64,000 nt of DNA from Tepidisphaeraceae bacterium (GCA_963702995.1 OY969783.1:4457122-4521121), one strand, 5' to 3'; shown: positions 8,768 through 18,195, counted from the first letter of the stretch. Numbers and translations are program-made. Notes: generated by a model from the letters alone, not told the origin.

Positions 8768-9904
8768 TTAGTCCTTAACGCTGACGCGGCTTTTGGCTTC
8801 AACGAGCAGGTCATAGACCATCGCGATGTCGTCGTGGCGGAGGCGGATGCAGCCCATCGACGATTGCTTGCCGACGGAATCGGCGTCGATGGTGCCATGG
8901 ATGCCGTAGGACTTTTTGCCCAAAGCGGCCCCGTCTTCCCCCTTCAGCCCGATCCAGTACCCGCCAAGCGGGTTCTTCGGGTCGTCGGACTTGTAGATCC
9001 CTTCGCCGCGCGGGCTGTAGTAGGTCGGGTGGAGGAGCTTGTTCCGCGGCTCAACCGTCCACAGGCCGGTCGGCGTCGAGTCATCCTTGCCCAGGCCGAC
9101 GGGGAAGCTGGTGATATACGTCGCGCCGGCCTCGCCGGGCAGCCCGCCCAGGTAGACGTCCAGCCGAAACGCGTGCTTGGTCACCAGGGCGTGGAGCGGG
9201 CCCTTCAGGACCTTGATCACCTGCCCGGCGCGGATGCGGCGGGCGCCGGCGTCGGTCGGCTCGTAGCCGTTCACGCGGCAGATCAGCGGCCAGGTGATGT
9301 CATACCTGTTGGCGATCGGCTGCAGCCGCATGCCCGGTTGGAGCGGGAAGGACTCGGACCAGGGGTCGTTGTTGTAGTGCCGGGCGGAGAAGACCAGTTT
9401 CTGGTTGAGGTCCGACAGGGCACGGCGGACGGCGTCGGCGTCGGCTTCGCCGAGTAGACCAGAGTTGAGCGGGTCGTTGAGGGTTGCCCGGGCGCCAAGC
9501 AGGTCGCCCGCGTCGGCTTTCACCTTCGCGTCGGCGATCAGCTTCTGCGAAGACCCCCCGGGCGCCGGCTGGACCGTCGCCGTCTGTCGGGCCGACGCCT
9601 GTACCACGTTCTCTTTCGTGCCGGGCGCCAACTTTCCAGGCGCGGGCGCGTCCGCGGGCTTCTCGACGGCCAAGACCGGGACCACTTTCGGCTGGACGAG
9701 CAGCGCGTCTCGGTTGATCTCCGCGTTTTGCGAAGCCAGCTTTTGCAGTTTATGGATGTAGACGCCCACGCCGGCGGCGATCACCGTAAAGAGGAAGAAG
9801 AGGGCGACACGGCTGGTGCGATTGCGAGAAGCCAAGAGAACCTCCATGTTCTCGGTCAGCGGAAGCGGCGGCCGCTTCGACATCCATCGTGTCAACGCGT
9901 GCAA
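8768..9904 (-). CDS. L,D-transpeptidase (YkuD domain) with N-terminal membrane anchor
   Basis: C-terminal YkuD catalytic motif HGT...SMGCIRL; N-terminal TM (VALFFLFTVIAAGVGVYI). Exact start uncertain (9904 or 9883). Confidence 0.8.
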   Translation of the reverse strand: MHALTRWMSKRPPLPLTENMEVLLASRNRTSRVALFFLFTVIAAGVGVYIHKLQKLASQNAEINRDALLVQPKVVPVLAVEKPADAPAPGKLAPGTKENVVQASARQTATVQPAPGGSSQKLIADAKVKADAGDLLGARATLNDPLNSGLLGEADADAVRRALSDLNQKLVFSARHYNNDPWSESFPLQPGMRLQPIANRYDITWPLICRVNGYEPTDAGARRIRAGQVIKVLKGPLHALVTKHAFRLDVYLGGLPGEAGATYITSFPVGLGKDDSTPTGLWTVEPRNKLLHPTYYSPRGEGIYKSDDPKNPLGGYWIGLKGEDGAALGKKSYGIHGTIDADSVGKQSSMGCIRLRHDDIAMVYDLLVEAKSRVSVKD

Positions 9905-10017
9905 CGGCTCCCGCGGCGAAGCGGGAATGCCTCAGGTCATTCAAACGCAGCTTGGTTCCCAGAGCGCTGGACGGTCCCGCCGGGATTTCAGGCGCCGCCG
10001 TTCAATGGTTGCCTCGC

Positions 10018-10620
10018 TCACGGCTTGCTGCTGATGCAATTCGAGACAAAGCGGCGGATGGCGCGATCTGTCACCAGCATACTGAGCGGAACGTCATGGT
10101 CAAGCACGGGTAGTTCAGGGACGACTTGTTCTTCGTACGCCAGGCCGCAGGAGACGCCGACAAATTCGGCCTGTGCCAGAAAGCGATCATAAAACCCCAT
10201 GCCGCGGCCGATGCGGTAGCCGGTCGCCGTGAAGCCAAGGCCCGGCACGATCACCAGATCGATCATGTCGATTGGGATCGGCTTGCCCGACTCGGGCTGG
10301 GGGATGCCAGGGCCGATCGTGGTGACCCCAGTCTGCAGGCTCGTAATTTCCACGGGAAGCATTCGACGCTGATCCCAACTCACCTTGGGGACAACGACCG
10401 ACTTATTGGCCTGCCAGCAGCGAAGCGCGAGGGATGCGGTATCCAGTTCCTGCGGGGTGCTCAGGTACAGCATGACGACCGACGCGGCCGCGAATTCGGG
10501 CGTGTTCGCCACGAACGTACACGCCGCCAGGCTCTTTGCATGCCGATCAGCCTCGGACAACGCCGTCAGCGTTTCACGCAACTGACGCCGTATCGCCGGC
10601 TTGTTGGTCATGTCACTCAT
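10018..10620 (-). CDS. 5-formyltetrahydrofolate cyclo-ligase
   Basis: MTHFS motifs VVPKV...IPQP...IDLVIVPGLGFTATGYRIGRGMGFYDRFL...D. Start at MSDMT (ATG 10620). Confidence 0.8.
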   Translation of the reverse strand: MSDMTNKPAIRRQLRETLTALSEADRHAKSLAACTFVANTPEFAAASVVMLYLSTPQELDTASLALRCWQANKSVVVPKVSWDQRRMLPVEITSLQTGVTTIGPGIPQPESGKPIPIDMIDLVIVPGLGFTATGYRIGRGMGFYDRFLAQAEFVGVSCGLAYEEQVVPELPVLDHDVPLSMLVTDRAIRRFVSNCISSKP

Positions 10621-10848
10621 TACGTCCAATCCTTTGAGCCGGTTTCGGCACCGATCGCGCCGCCCCACGTATATGATACGCTCCAACTATGCCCTGGGCA
10701 GCAGCCCGTCGCACATCAGTTTGACTCTCTGACGATCGTTTGCAACCTCACACGAAATGCCTGTTCACGGAAAGGAGTGCAGCGGTCCACGCAAAGGTCT
10801 TTATCGCTGAGGCCGCTTGCGCGTTGTGGAACTGACTTGCTTAAATCG

Positions 10849-12255
10849 TCACACCGCTCGCGACCTGTCAGCCGACTCCGGCGGCGTTTCCGCCGCGCCG
10901 GTCGCTGGTGCCCCCTCCTGATCTGACCGCCGCCGCCCCCACGCCGTTAGTCTTTCGGCTATTTCAACCTCGTACCCTCGATCTGTCGGCTCGTAGTAAA
11001 CCTTATCGACCCCAAGGTAATCCTGCTCGACATATCCGTTTTCATAATCATGTGAGTATTTGTAGCCTTTGCCGTGCCCCAGCCGCTCCGAGCCTGCGTA
11101 ATGCCCGTCGCGCAGGTGCCGTGGGACAGGCAGCGTGCGCCCCTCCCGCACGTCCTTCAAGGCGGCGCTGATCGCCGCGTAGGACCGGTTGCTCTTTGGC
11201 GCGGTGGCCATGTAGATCGCCGCCTGCGAGAGGGTGATCCGCGCCTCCGGCATCCCCACCTTCTCCACAATGTCGAACGCGGCGGCCGCCACCAGCAGCG
11301 CTCGCGGGTCGGCGTTGCCGATGTCCTCCGACGCCAGAATCGCGATCCGCCGCGCGATGAAGCGCGGGTCTTCGCCCGCCTCCAGCATCCGGGCGAGCCA
11401 GTAGACGGCCGCGTTCGGGTCGCTGCCGCGCATGCTCTTAATCAGCGCGCTGGCGGCGTCGTAATGCTCATCCCCCGTTCCATCGTAGACGATCGCCTTC
11501 CGCTGGATCGATTGCTCGGCCACATCGAGCGAAATGTGGATCGCAGCGTCGGCGCCGCTGCCGCGGGGGCTCTCCTTCATCAGCGACAGGACCGCCACCT
11601 CCAGCGCCATCAACGCCCGGCGGCCGTCCCCGTCGGACAGGGTTGACCAGAGCTTCAGCGCGTCGTCGTCCGCCCGAATGGTGAACTTCCCAAAACCGCG
11701 CTCCGGGTCCGCGATCGCGCGGAGCAGCAGCGTGCGGATATCTTCTTCCGACAGCGGCGCAAACTGAAAGATCTGGCTGCGGCTCACCAGCGGCGAGTTG
11801 ACGGCGAAGAACGGGTTCTCCGTCGTCGCCCCGACCAGCAGCACATAACCCGCCTCCACGTCCGGCAGAAGAATGTCCTGCTGGGCGCGGTTGAAGCGGT
11901 GGATCTCATCCAGAAAGAAGACGGTGCGGCCGCCCGAGTTGCCCAGCCGCTCCTTCGACGCATCCAGGATCGCCCGAACGTCCTTCACCCCGACGGCGGC
12001 CGCGTTCACTTGCTCGAAGTGGCTGCGGGTGTAGGTGGCGATGAGCCGGGCCAGCGTCGTCTTCCCCGTTCCCGGCGGGCCATAGAAGATGACGCTGGTG
12101 AGCCGATCCGCCTCGAGCATGCGGCGCAGGAGCTTGCCCGGCCCCAGGAAATGCTCCTGCCCGACGAACTCGTCCAAAGACCGCGGCCGCATCCGCGCCG
12201 CCAGCGGCGCCACGCGATCCATGTTCTTCTTCCGCACGTCGCCGAACAGGTCCAT
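10849..12255 (-). CDS. rarA: replication-associated recombination protein A (AAA+ ATPase)
   Basis: Walker A GPPGTGKTT, Walker B FFLDEIHRFN, MgsA C-terminal domain. Start MDLFGD (cat at 12253-12255). The upstream 122 codons of the ORF are GC junk. Confidence 0.9.
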   Translation of the reverse strand: MDLFGDVRKKNMDRVAPLAARMRPRSLDEFVGQEHFLGPGKLLRRMLEADRLTSVIFYGPPGTGKTTLARLIATYTRSHFEQVNAAAVGVKDVRAILDASKERLGNSGGRTVFFLDEIHRFNRAQQDILLPDVEAGYVLLVGATTENPFFAVNSPLVSRSQIFQFAPLSEEDIRTLLLRAIADPERGFGKFTIRADDDALKLWSTLSDGDGRRALMALEVAVLSLMKESPRGSGADAAIHISLDVAEQSIQRKAIVYDGTGDEHYDAASALIKSMRGSDPNAAVYWLARMLEAGEDPRFIARRIAILASEDIGNADPRALLVAAAAFDIVEKVGMPEARITLSQAAIYMATAPKSNRSYAAISAALKDVREGRTLPVPRHLRDGHYAGSERLGHGKGYKYSHDYENGYVEQDYLGVDKVYYEPTDRGYEVEIAERLTAWGRRRSDQEGAPATGAAETPPESADRSRAV

Positions 12256-12529
12256 AGCGCTCCAACCACCGACCCCGCCGCCGCACCGGACATCCCCCGA
12301 ATTGTACACCCGCTGACCATCCCATAGGTGGACCGAACTAAAAATGCCGCCGCCTGTGTGCGACGGGACGGTAGGGCACGCATCGCGTGCCGCCACCGCG
12401 CCCACCCAATTTGTGAGGCCAAAACTTCGCCCAGCCGACCCCGCCCCCGAAGCCGGCACGCAATGCGACGCAACGCGTGCCTGACGAATCAATGCGCCCG
12501 AGTTCGGCCCTCCCATTTCCCCCCTGGCG

Positions 12530-12660
12530 TTTCTTCCCTTGGCGCTCTTGGCGTCTCGGCGTTCATCTCCCTTTCCCGGCCTGCAGGCGAGGTGAAAGGG
12601 CAGTGAACGCCAAGACGCCAAGGACGCCAGGGAAGAGCGCCAAGAATAAAGGGTAATCCA
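12530..12660. repeat. long hairpin built from inverted tandem CTTGGCG units
   Basis: Left arm cttggcgctcttggcgtctcggcgttca, right arm tgaacgccaagacgccaaggacgccaggg; about 35 bp stem. Confidence 0.6.
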
Positions 12661-12832
12661 GGAGTGCCCCGTCGGGCGACGGGCTGTTCCCCTCGTTTAC
12701 GGCAGTCGAACGTCTCGACCGCGCGAACAGTGTCGGTCAGATCGCGTTTTGCCACAAAAGATCGCCACACTGCGACTGTGAACCTTCCCCTTCTCCGATT
12801 GCGGCCGCGTCTGGTGCTGATACGATCCCGCC

Positions 12833-13531
12833 ATGACGCTGGTCATTGGCTCGGTCCTGCACGACGCGATCGTCATCACCTCCGACAGCCGCTCCACGCT
12901 CGCCGAGCGCGGCGTGGTGATCGCGCTCAATGACCGATTCCAGAAGATCTTCCCCATCCCCGATCACCCGCTGGTGATCGCCCACATGGGGGAGAACCGC
13001 CTTGCCGAGCGGCCGCTGCATGCGTTCCTCGCCCCTTTCCTCCAGCGGCTGGAGCCCGGCAACCACACGATTCTGGAAATCGCCGACCAACTCCGCGCCT
13101 TCGCCCACCCCTTCATCCGCTCGCGCCTCCGCTCGCTGGGGGACCTGCCCAACGGCTGCAACTTCTGGGTCGCCGGCTTCGGTGCCGGCCCGGAAGAGCC
13201 GCGGCTCGTCGAGCTCTTCTGGCAGCGCCGCCACGACACGCTGACCACCGAGGAGCACGAGTACGCTCCCCTGAGCATCGTCACCGGCGGCGACGGCCAG
13301 AAGCAGATCACCATGCCAAGCTGGCGCGCCGTCGAGCACAAGCCGATCGCCGAAGTCCGCGCGCTCCACGCGGACCTGATGCACACGGCGCTCACCGCGC
13401 CGGTCACCCCCAACACCGTCGGCGGCCGCCCGCACGAAGTGGTGATCACGCGGGAGGGGTGGGAGTGGACGCAGCCGCCGGGCCGGCCGACGACGCGTCC
13501 GACGTCGCAGCCATCGATACGGACATCGTAA
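12833..13531 (+). CDS. proteasome-type Ntn-hydrolase fold protein (HslV/Anbu/BPH-like), orphan
   Basis: N-terminus MTLVIGSVLHDAIVITSDSRST parallels HslV [21 protein letters not shown] (Thr at position 2). DRFQKIFPIPDHPLVIAHMG parallels HslV KVRRLYNDKVIAGFAGG. Gly-rich FWVAGFGAG loop. No HslU or Anbu-operon partners nearby. Confidence 0.5.
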   Translation: MTLVIGSVLHDAIVITSDSRSTLAERGVVIALNDRFQKIFPIPDHPLVIAHMGENRLAERPLHAFLAPFLQRLEPGNHTILEIADQLRAFAHPFIRSRLRSLGDLPNGCNFWVAGFGAGPEEPRLVELFWQRRHDTLTTEEHEYAPLSIVTGGDGQKQITMPSWRAVEHKPIAEVRALHADLMHTALTAPVTPNTVGGRPHEVVITREGWEWTQPPGRPTTRPTSQPSIRTS

Positions 13532-13678
13532 GGCATCTCACCAGCGTCTTTGGCACCTTGAATTGAGGGGCAAGAGCGATCGCCCGAGTCATTTCGACCG
13601 CGGATTCCATGCGGCCAGATCTCGAGCGGAGTGCAGCCGTTCCTCTTGGTCGAGTTGGGGGCTCGCAGGCGAGCAGGA

Positions 13679-14584
13679 TCACTGATACGGATCGCTCCCC
13701 ATCGTCTCCGCCGCGTTCTTCGCCGCTAACGCGGCTGGGCCGGTCACTGCGGCCACGGCGACCGTCACCGCCAGCAGCCCGACGATCACGCGGAGCGCGG
13801 GGCGAGTTGGTGGGATGAGGAGCGCGAGCAGGAGCAAGGCTGGGGCGGCCGCCAGGGTGGTGAGTTGGGGCCAGGTGATGCCGGGGTCGGCGTAGGCGTG
13901 GCCGCCGATGAGGAGGGTGATCGTGAGGGGGAGGGCCAGGAGCGCGGCCGGGCGGGCGATCGACGCTGGGCGGCCGAGGGGGGCGGTGAAGCGGCGGCGG
14001 GTGGGAGATCGGAGGTGGTCGAGCAGGGTCAGGACGGCGGGGGCGCCGAGGGCGGCCGCGGCGGCCAGGCCGTCGAAGCCGAGGACGCGCTGGTTGGAGG
14101 ACATGACCGTGACGCCGGCGCCGGCGGCGGCGATGCAGAGGGCGGTCAGGACGGCGGCGGGGCCGAGGTGGTGGTCGGCTACATCAAGTGCGAAGAGGAG
14201 GGCGGCGCCGGCGAGGGCCGCGGCGACGGCGATGGCGGCCGCTCCGGCGGAGGAGATGGCGCCGGGGACGACCGGGAGGACGATGGCGAGGGAGGAGAGC
14301 CCGGCGGCCGCTCCGAGGAGCCAGTTGAATCGGCGGGGGACCGCTGCGTCAAGCACCCCCAGGGCGGCGAGAGGGATGGCGAGCCAGAAGAGCCAGTCGG
14401 TCCCGTTGCGGGGCGGGAGGGCGGGGACGGCCGCCGCGAGAAGCGCGTAGCCGGTGAGGAAGGCGGCCGCCACGGCGACGGGAATGGCCCAGCGCCACCC
14501 GCGCCACAAGCCGATGGCCGTCAGTGAACCGGCCAGCAGGGCAGGGGCGACGATGCCGCGAAGAAGTTCGGTGAGGGAAAACAT
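13679..14584 (-). CDS. polytopic Ala/Leu-rich integral membrane protein, unknown function
   Basis: About 8 predicted TM helices. Start placed at ATG 14584 (MFSLTELL); the ORF-track extension to 14737 translates the heptamer repeat element. Confidence 0.6.
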   Translation of the reverse strand: MFSLTELLRGIVAPALLAGSLTAIGLWRGWRWAIPVAVAAAFLTGYALLAAAVPALPPRNGTDWLFWLAIPLAALGVLDAAVPRRFNWLLGAAAGLSSLAIVLPVVPGAISSAGAAAIAVAAALAGAALLFALDVADHHLGPAAVLTALCIAAAGAGVTVMSSNQRVLGFDGLAAAAALGAPAVLTLLDHLRSPTRRRFTAPLGRPASIARPAALLALPLTITLLIGGHAYADPGITWPQLTTLAAAPALLLLALLIPPTRPALRVIVGLLAVTVAVAAVTGPAALAAKNAAETMGSDPYQ

Positions 14585-14585
14585 G

Positions 14586-14769
14586 GAGGGGAGGGATGAA
14601 GGATGAAGGATGAATGGAAATGCTGAAGGCTGGAATGCTGAATGCTGAATGGGAATGCGGAAGGCGGAATGCTGAATGCTGAATGAAGGAAGAAACCGAG
14701 GAGCGGCCCTGATCGGCCAAGCTTCCGTCTTCCCCATTCAGCATTCAGCATTCCAGCATTCAGCACTTC
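14586..14769. repeat. heptamer-repeat palindromic element, copy A
   Basis: Left arm (GGATGAA)3...(GCTGAAK)n; right arm cattcagcattcagcattccagcattcagc (reverse complement units). Central GGAAGA...GGCCctgatcGGCC...TCTTCC hairpin. Sits exactly between the yceI stop (14770) and the membrane gene start. Confidence 0.7.
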
Positions 14770-15348
14770 CTACTGCTCGATTCCTTCGAAGCTGACGACG
14801 ACCTTGATGTCGTCGCCGACGGCGCCGGGGGCGTTGGGGATGCCTTTCATGTCGAACTCGCTCTGCTTGACGACGATGGTGGCTTCCAGGCCCTGGCGTT
14901 TGACGCCGGCGGGGAATTCGCCTTTGCCGAGCAGTTCGAGCGGGACGGCGAAGGGCTTGGTCACGCCGTGCATCGTGAGGGTGCCGGTCGCGATGAGCAT
15001 CTTGCCTTCACCCTTTTTCACGGACGTGCTCTTGAAGGTGATCGTGGGGTATTGGGCGGCGTTGAAGAAGTCGGGGCTCTTCAGGTGGGCGTCGCGCTTG
15101 GGCTGGTTGCTGTCCACGCTGGCGACTTTGACTTCAACTTCGAACGTGTCCTTGGTCGGGTCGGCCGCGTCGAGCTTAAACGTGCCGGAGAAGTCGTTAA
15201 ACCGGCCCCAGACATGCCCGACGTTCACGTGGTTGGCCTGCCACAGGACCGACGAATGGACCGGGTCGGCCTTGTACGTCTGGGCCTGGGCCGGCGCGGC
15301 GAACGCGAACGCGGCGATCATCGCGGCGAGAGAGAGCAAGCGCTGCAT
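14770..15348 (-). CDS. YceI family periplasmic protein
   Basis: Signal peptide MQRLLSLAAMIAAFAFAAPAQA, then YceI-like beta-barrel with TGTLTMHGVTKP. Start ATG 15348. Confidence 0.85.
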   Translation of the reverse strand: MQRLLSLAAMIAAFAFAAPAQAQTYKADPVHSSVLWQANHVNVGHVWGRFNDFSGTFKLDAADPTKDTFEVEVKVASVDSNQPKRDAHLKSPDFFNAAQYPTITFKSTSVKKGEGKMLIATGTLTMHGVTKPFAVPLELLGKGEFPAGVKRQGLEATIVVKQSEFDMKGIPNAPGAVGDDIKVVVSFEGIEQ

Positions 15349-15428
15349 GGAAGGCTCCTTCGTGAAAAGCGCGTCGGCGGCCGGCGATGACGCCATCGGG
15401 CGGCCGCGACGAGAAAAGGCTTTGTTCA

Positions 15429-15956
15429 TCAAGTCGTCGCCCGCGGCGCGGTCGGGCGCGGGGCCGTCGCCTCGTCGGCGTCGGCGGCCGCATCCAGCTT
15501 CATCGCGATCCGGGACAGGGCGGCGACATCTTCATTGTCGAGTGACGCCATCAGACGCAGCAACTGCCGGTGATGTTCGGGGAGGACGGCCGCCAGCTTT
15601 TGGCGGCCGGCCTCGGTGAGGTACAGGTGGTTCACCCTGCGATCCCGCAGGTCGGGCTGCCGGCGCGCCCACCCGAGCGCCTCCAGCCGATCGAGCACAC
15701 CGCAGACGTTCCCCTTCGTCACCAGGAGCTGCGCGGCCAGTTCCTGCTGGGTCATCCCTTCGCCCAGATGGAGCGTGGCCAACACGTCGAACTGCGGGAC
15801 GGTCAGCGCCTGGAAGGCGAGCAATTGTTCGAGCATGCGATGCAGGCGGTGGTAGGCCCGAACAAACTCCACCCAGACGCGAAGCCGGACGCTGGCGGCG
15901 TCTTCGAGGCACGTCAGCGGGATCGTTCGCGGCCGCCCTGACCCATCCTCCGCCAT
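15429..15956 (-). CDS. MarR family transcriptional regulator
   Basis: Winged HTH LATLHLGEGMTQQELAAQLLVTKGNVCGVLDRLEALGWARRQPDLRDRRVNHLYLTEAG. Directly upstream of and co-oriented with yceI (classic MarR-YceI pair). Confidence 0.85.
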   Translation of the reverse strand: MAEDGSGRPRTIPLTCLEDAASVRLRVWVEFVRAYHRLHRMLEQLLAFQALTVPQFDVLATLHLGEGMTQQELAAQLLVTKGNVCGVLDRLEALGWARRQPDLRDRRVNHLYLTEAGRQKLAAVLPEHHRQLLRLMASLDNEDVAALSRIAMKLDAAADADEATAPRPTAPRATT

Positions 15957-16144
15957 ATAGTTTAAGTATAAACCGTCTAAAATAGGAAAGGCAAGCGGGC
16001 CCGCGGTTTTGGTGAGAATTTGCGTGCGAGGGACGGCGGGCTTAGAAGGTGGCATCGCTGTTGCGACTTGGATTGTCGGACCGCGTAGTTCCGCATGTGC
16101 GGCGCGGGCCTCGTTTCAATCGCCTCATTCAGAAGGAGTATGCC

Positions 16145-17155
16145 ATGACAGTTGCACGTCGTCTGGCAATGCCGGCGCTGTTCGGCTTTGCGTTGGTCGC
16201 GGGTGGGGGTTGCGCGTCGGAACGCCCGAGCGCGGTGCCGGCGTCCGCCATCGTCAAGACGCAGGGGGATCAGCGCGTCGTTTACACGTCCGACGGTGAA
16301 GGAACCATCTGGATCGCCGAGGCCGGGAACAACAACATCAACTATTCCGGCCCCGTCCATCATGGCGATCGGGTGGTGCTCGACCCCGACGCCAACACGG
16401 TGACGATCAACGATCGCGTGGTGGCGAATCAGGGCATCTCGCACCACGATCACAAGGTCTATTTCTCGTCGGCGGCCGATACGACAGCGGTGCCGACGGT
16501 GCAGGAAGCGCTGGTCCCCCGCCCGCCGCAGGTGCCGGCGGCCGCCAGCCTCAAGGCGGAAGGTCGGCAGCGGGTTGAATACACCGCCGCCGCTGATGGC
16601 GCCGTCTGGGTGAGTGATACAGAAAACAATGGGATCGTCTACGCGGGGAAGGTCGTCCGCGGCGATAAGGTCGTGGTGGACCCGACGCTCAAGATGAGCC
16701 AGTTCACGGTCAACGGGCGCGTGGTCTACAACTCGGAGCTTCCGAATCACAATCGCCGCGTCTTCTTCTTGGCGGGCGCCGACCCGTTCCCAGGAACGAC
16801 GCCTGATGCGGTCACCGCGGCCAGCGTGAGCACCCCGGGGGCGGTCGCCACACCGGCAGCGATGGTCGTCCGGCCGGTCGAAGTGTCGCAGTCGGCGACG
16901 CTTCGGGCGGAAGGCGTCGGCCGATCCGACTTTGTTGCGGATTCGGAAGGGACGGTGTGGGTGGTCGATTCGTCGAGCAACAGCGTCGTCTACTCCGGCC
17001 GCATGCTGCGCGGGGATGCGCTGATGCTCGATCCGACGGCCGATCGTCTGACGCTCAACACCCGCCCGGTCTACGACCGGAGCCTGGCGCGCGGCGATCG
17101 CTATCGCATCTTCTACCAGTCCACCATGATGGACCCAACGCTGAACCACAGGTGA
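16145..17155 (+). CDS. lipoprotein with three tandem ~100-aa internal repeat domains, unknown function
   Basis: Lipobox LVAGGGC. AGAAGGAG SD 6 nt upstream of ATG 16145. Three related modules (KTQGDQRVVYTSDGEGTIWIAEAGNNNINYSG..., KAEGRQRVEYTAAADGAVWVSDTENNGIVYAG..., RAEGVGRSDFVADSEGTVWVVDSSSNSVVYSG...). Confidence 0.7.
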   Translation: MTVARRLAMPALFGFALVAGGGCASERPSAVPASAIVKTQGDQRVVYTSDGEGTIWIAEAGNNNINYSGPVHHGDRVVLDPDANTVTINDRVVANQGISHHDHKVYFSSAADTTAVPTVQEALVPRPPQVPAAASLKAEGRQRVEYTAAADGAVWVSDTENNGIVYAGKVVRGDKVVVDPTLKMSQFTVNGRVVYNSELPNHNRRVFFLAGADPFPGTTPDAVTAASVSTPGAVATPAAMVVRPVEVSQSATLRAEGVGRSDFVADSEGTVWVVDSSSNSVVYSGRMLRGDALMLDPTADRLTLNTRPVYDRSLARGDRYRIFYQSTMMDPTLNHR

Positions 17156-17166
17156 GTCGGACCGAT

Positions 17167-18195
17167 TCACAGCGCGAGTGGATCGAGCGGGCGAGGAGCG
17201 GGCGAATGACCAGACGGCGGCAAAGCCGTCGAAGAGTCATGCGGCCGCTCCTCGCTTTTTGGTTGAAAGCTCGCGATCAGGAGCGGGATGGTGAGCGCGG
17301 AGAGCGGGTACCAGATCCGAACCTCGGCGATCATGCCCCAGACGATGCACAGCAAGATGTGGAGGCCAAACCATGGGAGCAGGCGGTAAAGGTTGTCCCG
17401 GAACTGGGGCGCCACTACCTGCGGAAGGGAGATCAGGAAGAGGATCAGCAGGGGGAGCGTGTCCACGACGCGCCATTCCACGTTGTAGGGGAAATGAATA
17501 TTCGTCTCGCTGGCGAGCGGATGAAAAATCAGGGTAGCAAGGATCGCCGGCGCGGCGATCAGCAGGCCGCCGATCGCCAGACGGGCGTATTCGGACACTC
17601 TGAGGGATCGCCACGACTGGTGAACCAGCACCCAGGCCAGGATGAGGGTCGCCGCCACTTCTTTGAACACGCAGGCCGCGGCCGCGGCGATGATGAACCG
17701 GATGAACCGTTTCCGGAAGACGGCGGTCAGGGCGGCGGTCATGCCCGCGAGGAAAGCGAAATCCTCGAGGTTGTAAAGGTACCACGGGATGGCGACGATC
17801 CCGAGCAGCGTCCCGGCGGCCGTCGCGAACGCCTGACCCGAGATCGATGGGGACCAAACTTTCACGTACCCCTGGAGCGCGATCAGCCACGCGAACAGCG
17901 TGACGGCCTTGAAGGTCGAATTCACGAGGATCGGGCTGGCGCCACGCTCGATCAGCTTTCCCACCAGCGCGTACGGAACGTACCGGTACTGCCAGGGTGC
18001 CGTTCCCACGCCGTGGAGGATCGCGCGCGGCGCGTCCTCGACCTGAACGCGCATGACCTCCGCTCGGGAGTGAACGCCGTAGGTGAGGCTCAGCCGGGCG
18101 AACTGCGTGTTCAGCATGAAATGCGTCGCCGCCCCGGCCAGCGCCAGGGCGATCAGGATCGATTGGCGAGGCGGGAGCAGGCTTTGGCGCGGCAT
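17167..18195 (-). CDS. polytopic integral membrane protein, uncharacterised
   Basis: 342-aa ORF with 9 or more hydrophobic segments; no recognisable catalytic motif. Confidence 0.55.
   Translation of the reverse strand: MPRQSLLPPRQSILIALALAGAATHFMLNTQFARLSLTYGVHSRAEVMRVQVEDAPRAILHGVGTAPWQYRYVPYALVGKLIERGASPILVNSTFKAVTLFAWLIALQGYVKVWSPSISGQAFATAAGTLLGIVAIPWYLYNLEDFAFLAGMTAALTAVFRKRFIRFIIAAAAACVFKEVAATLILAWVLVHQSWRSLRVSEYARLAIGGLLIAAPAILATLIFHPLASETNIHFPYNVEWRVVDTLPLLILFLISLPQVVAPQFRDNLYRLLPWFGLHILLCIVWGMIAEVRIWYPLSALTIPLLIASFQPKSEERPHDSSTALPPSGHSPAPRPLDPLAL

Noticed and set aside
7920-8771. 283-aa plus-strand ORF
   Set aside because: Antisense to the radical SAM gene; no motifs.
13865-14527. 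Gly/Glu/Arg-rich 220-aa plus-strand ORF
   Set aside because: Antisense to the Ala/Leu-rich membrane protein gene; repetitive low-complexity product.
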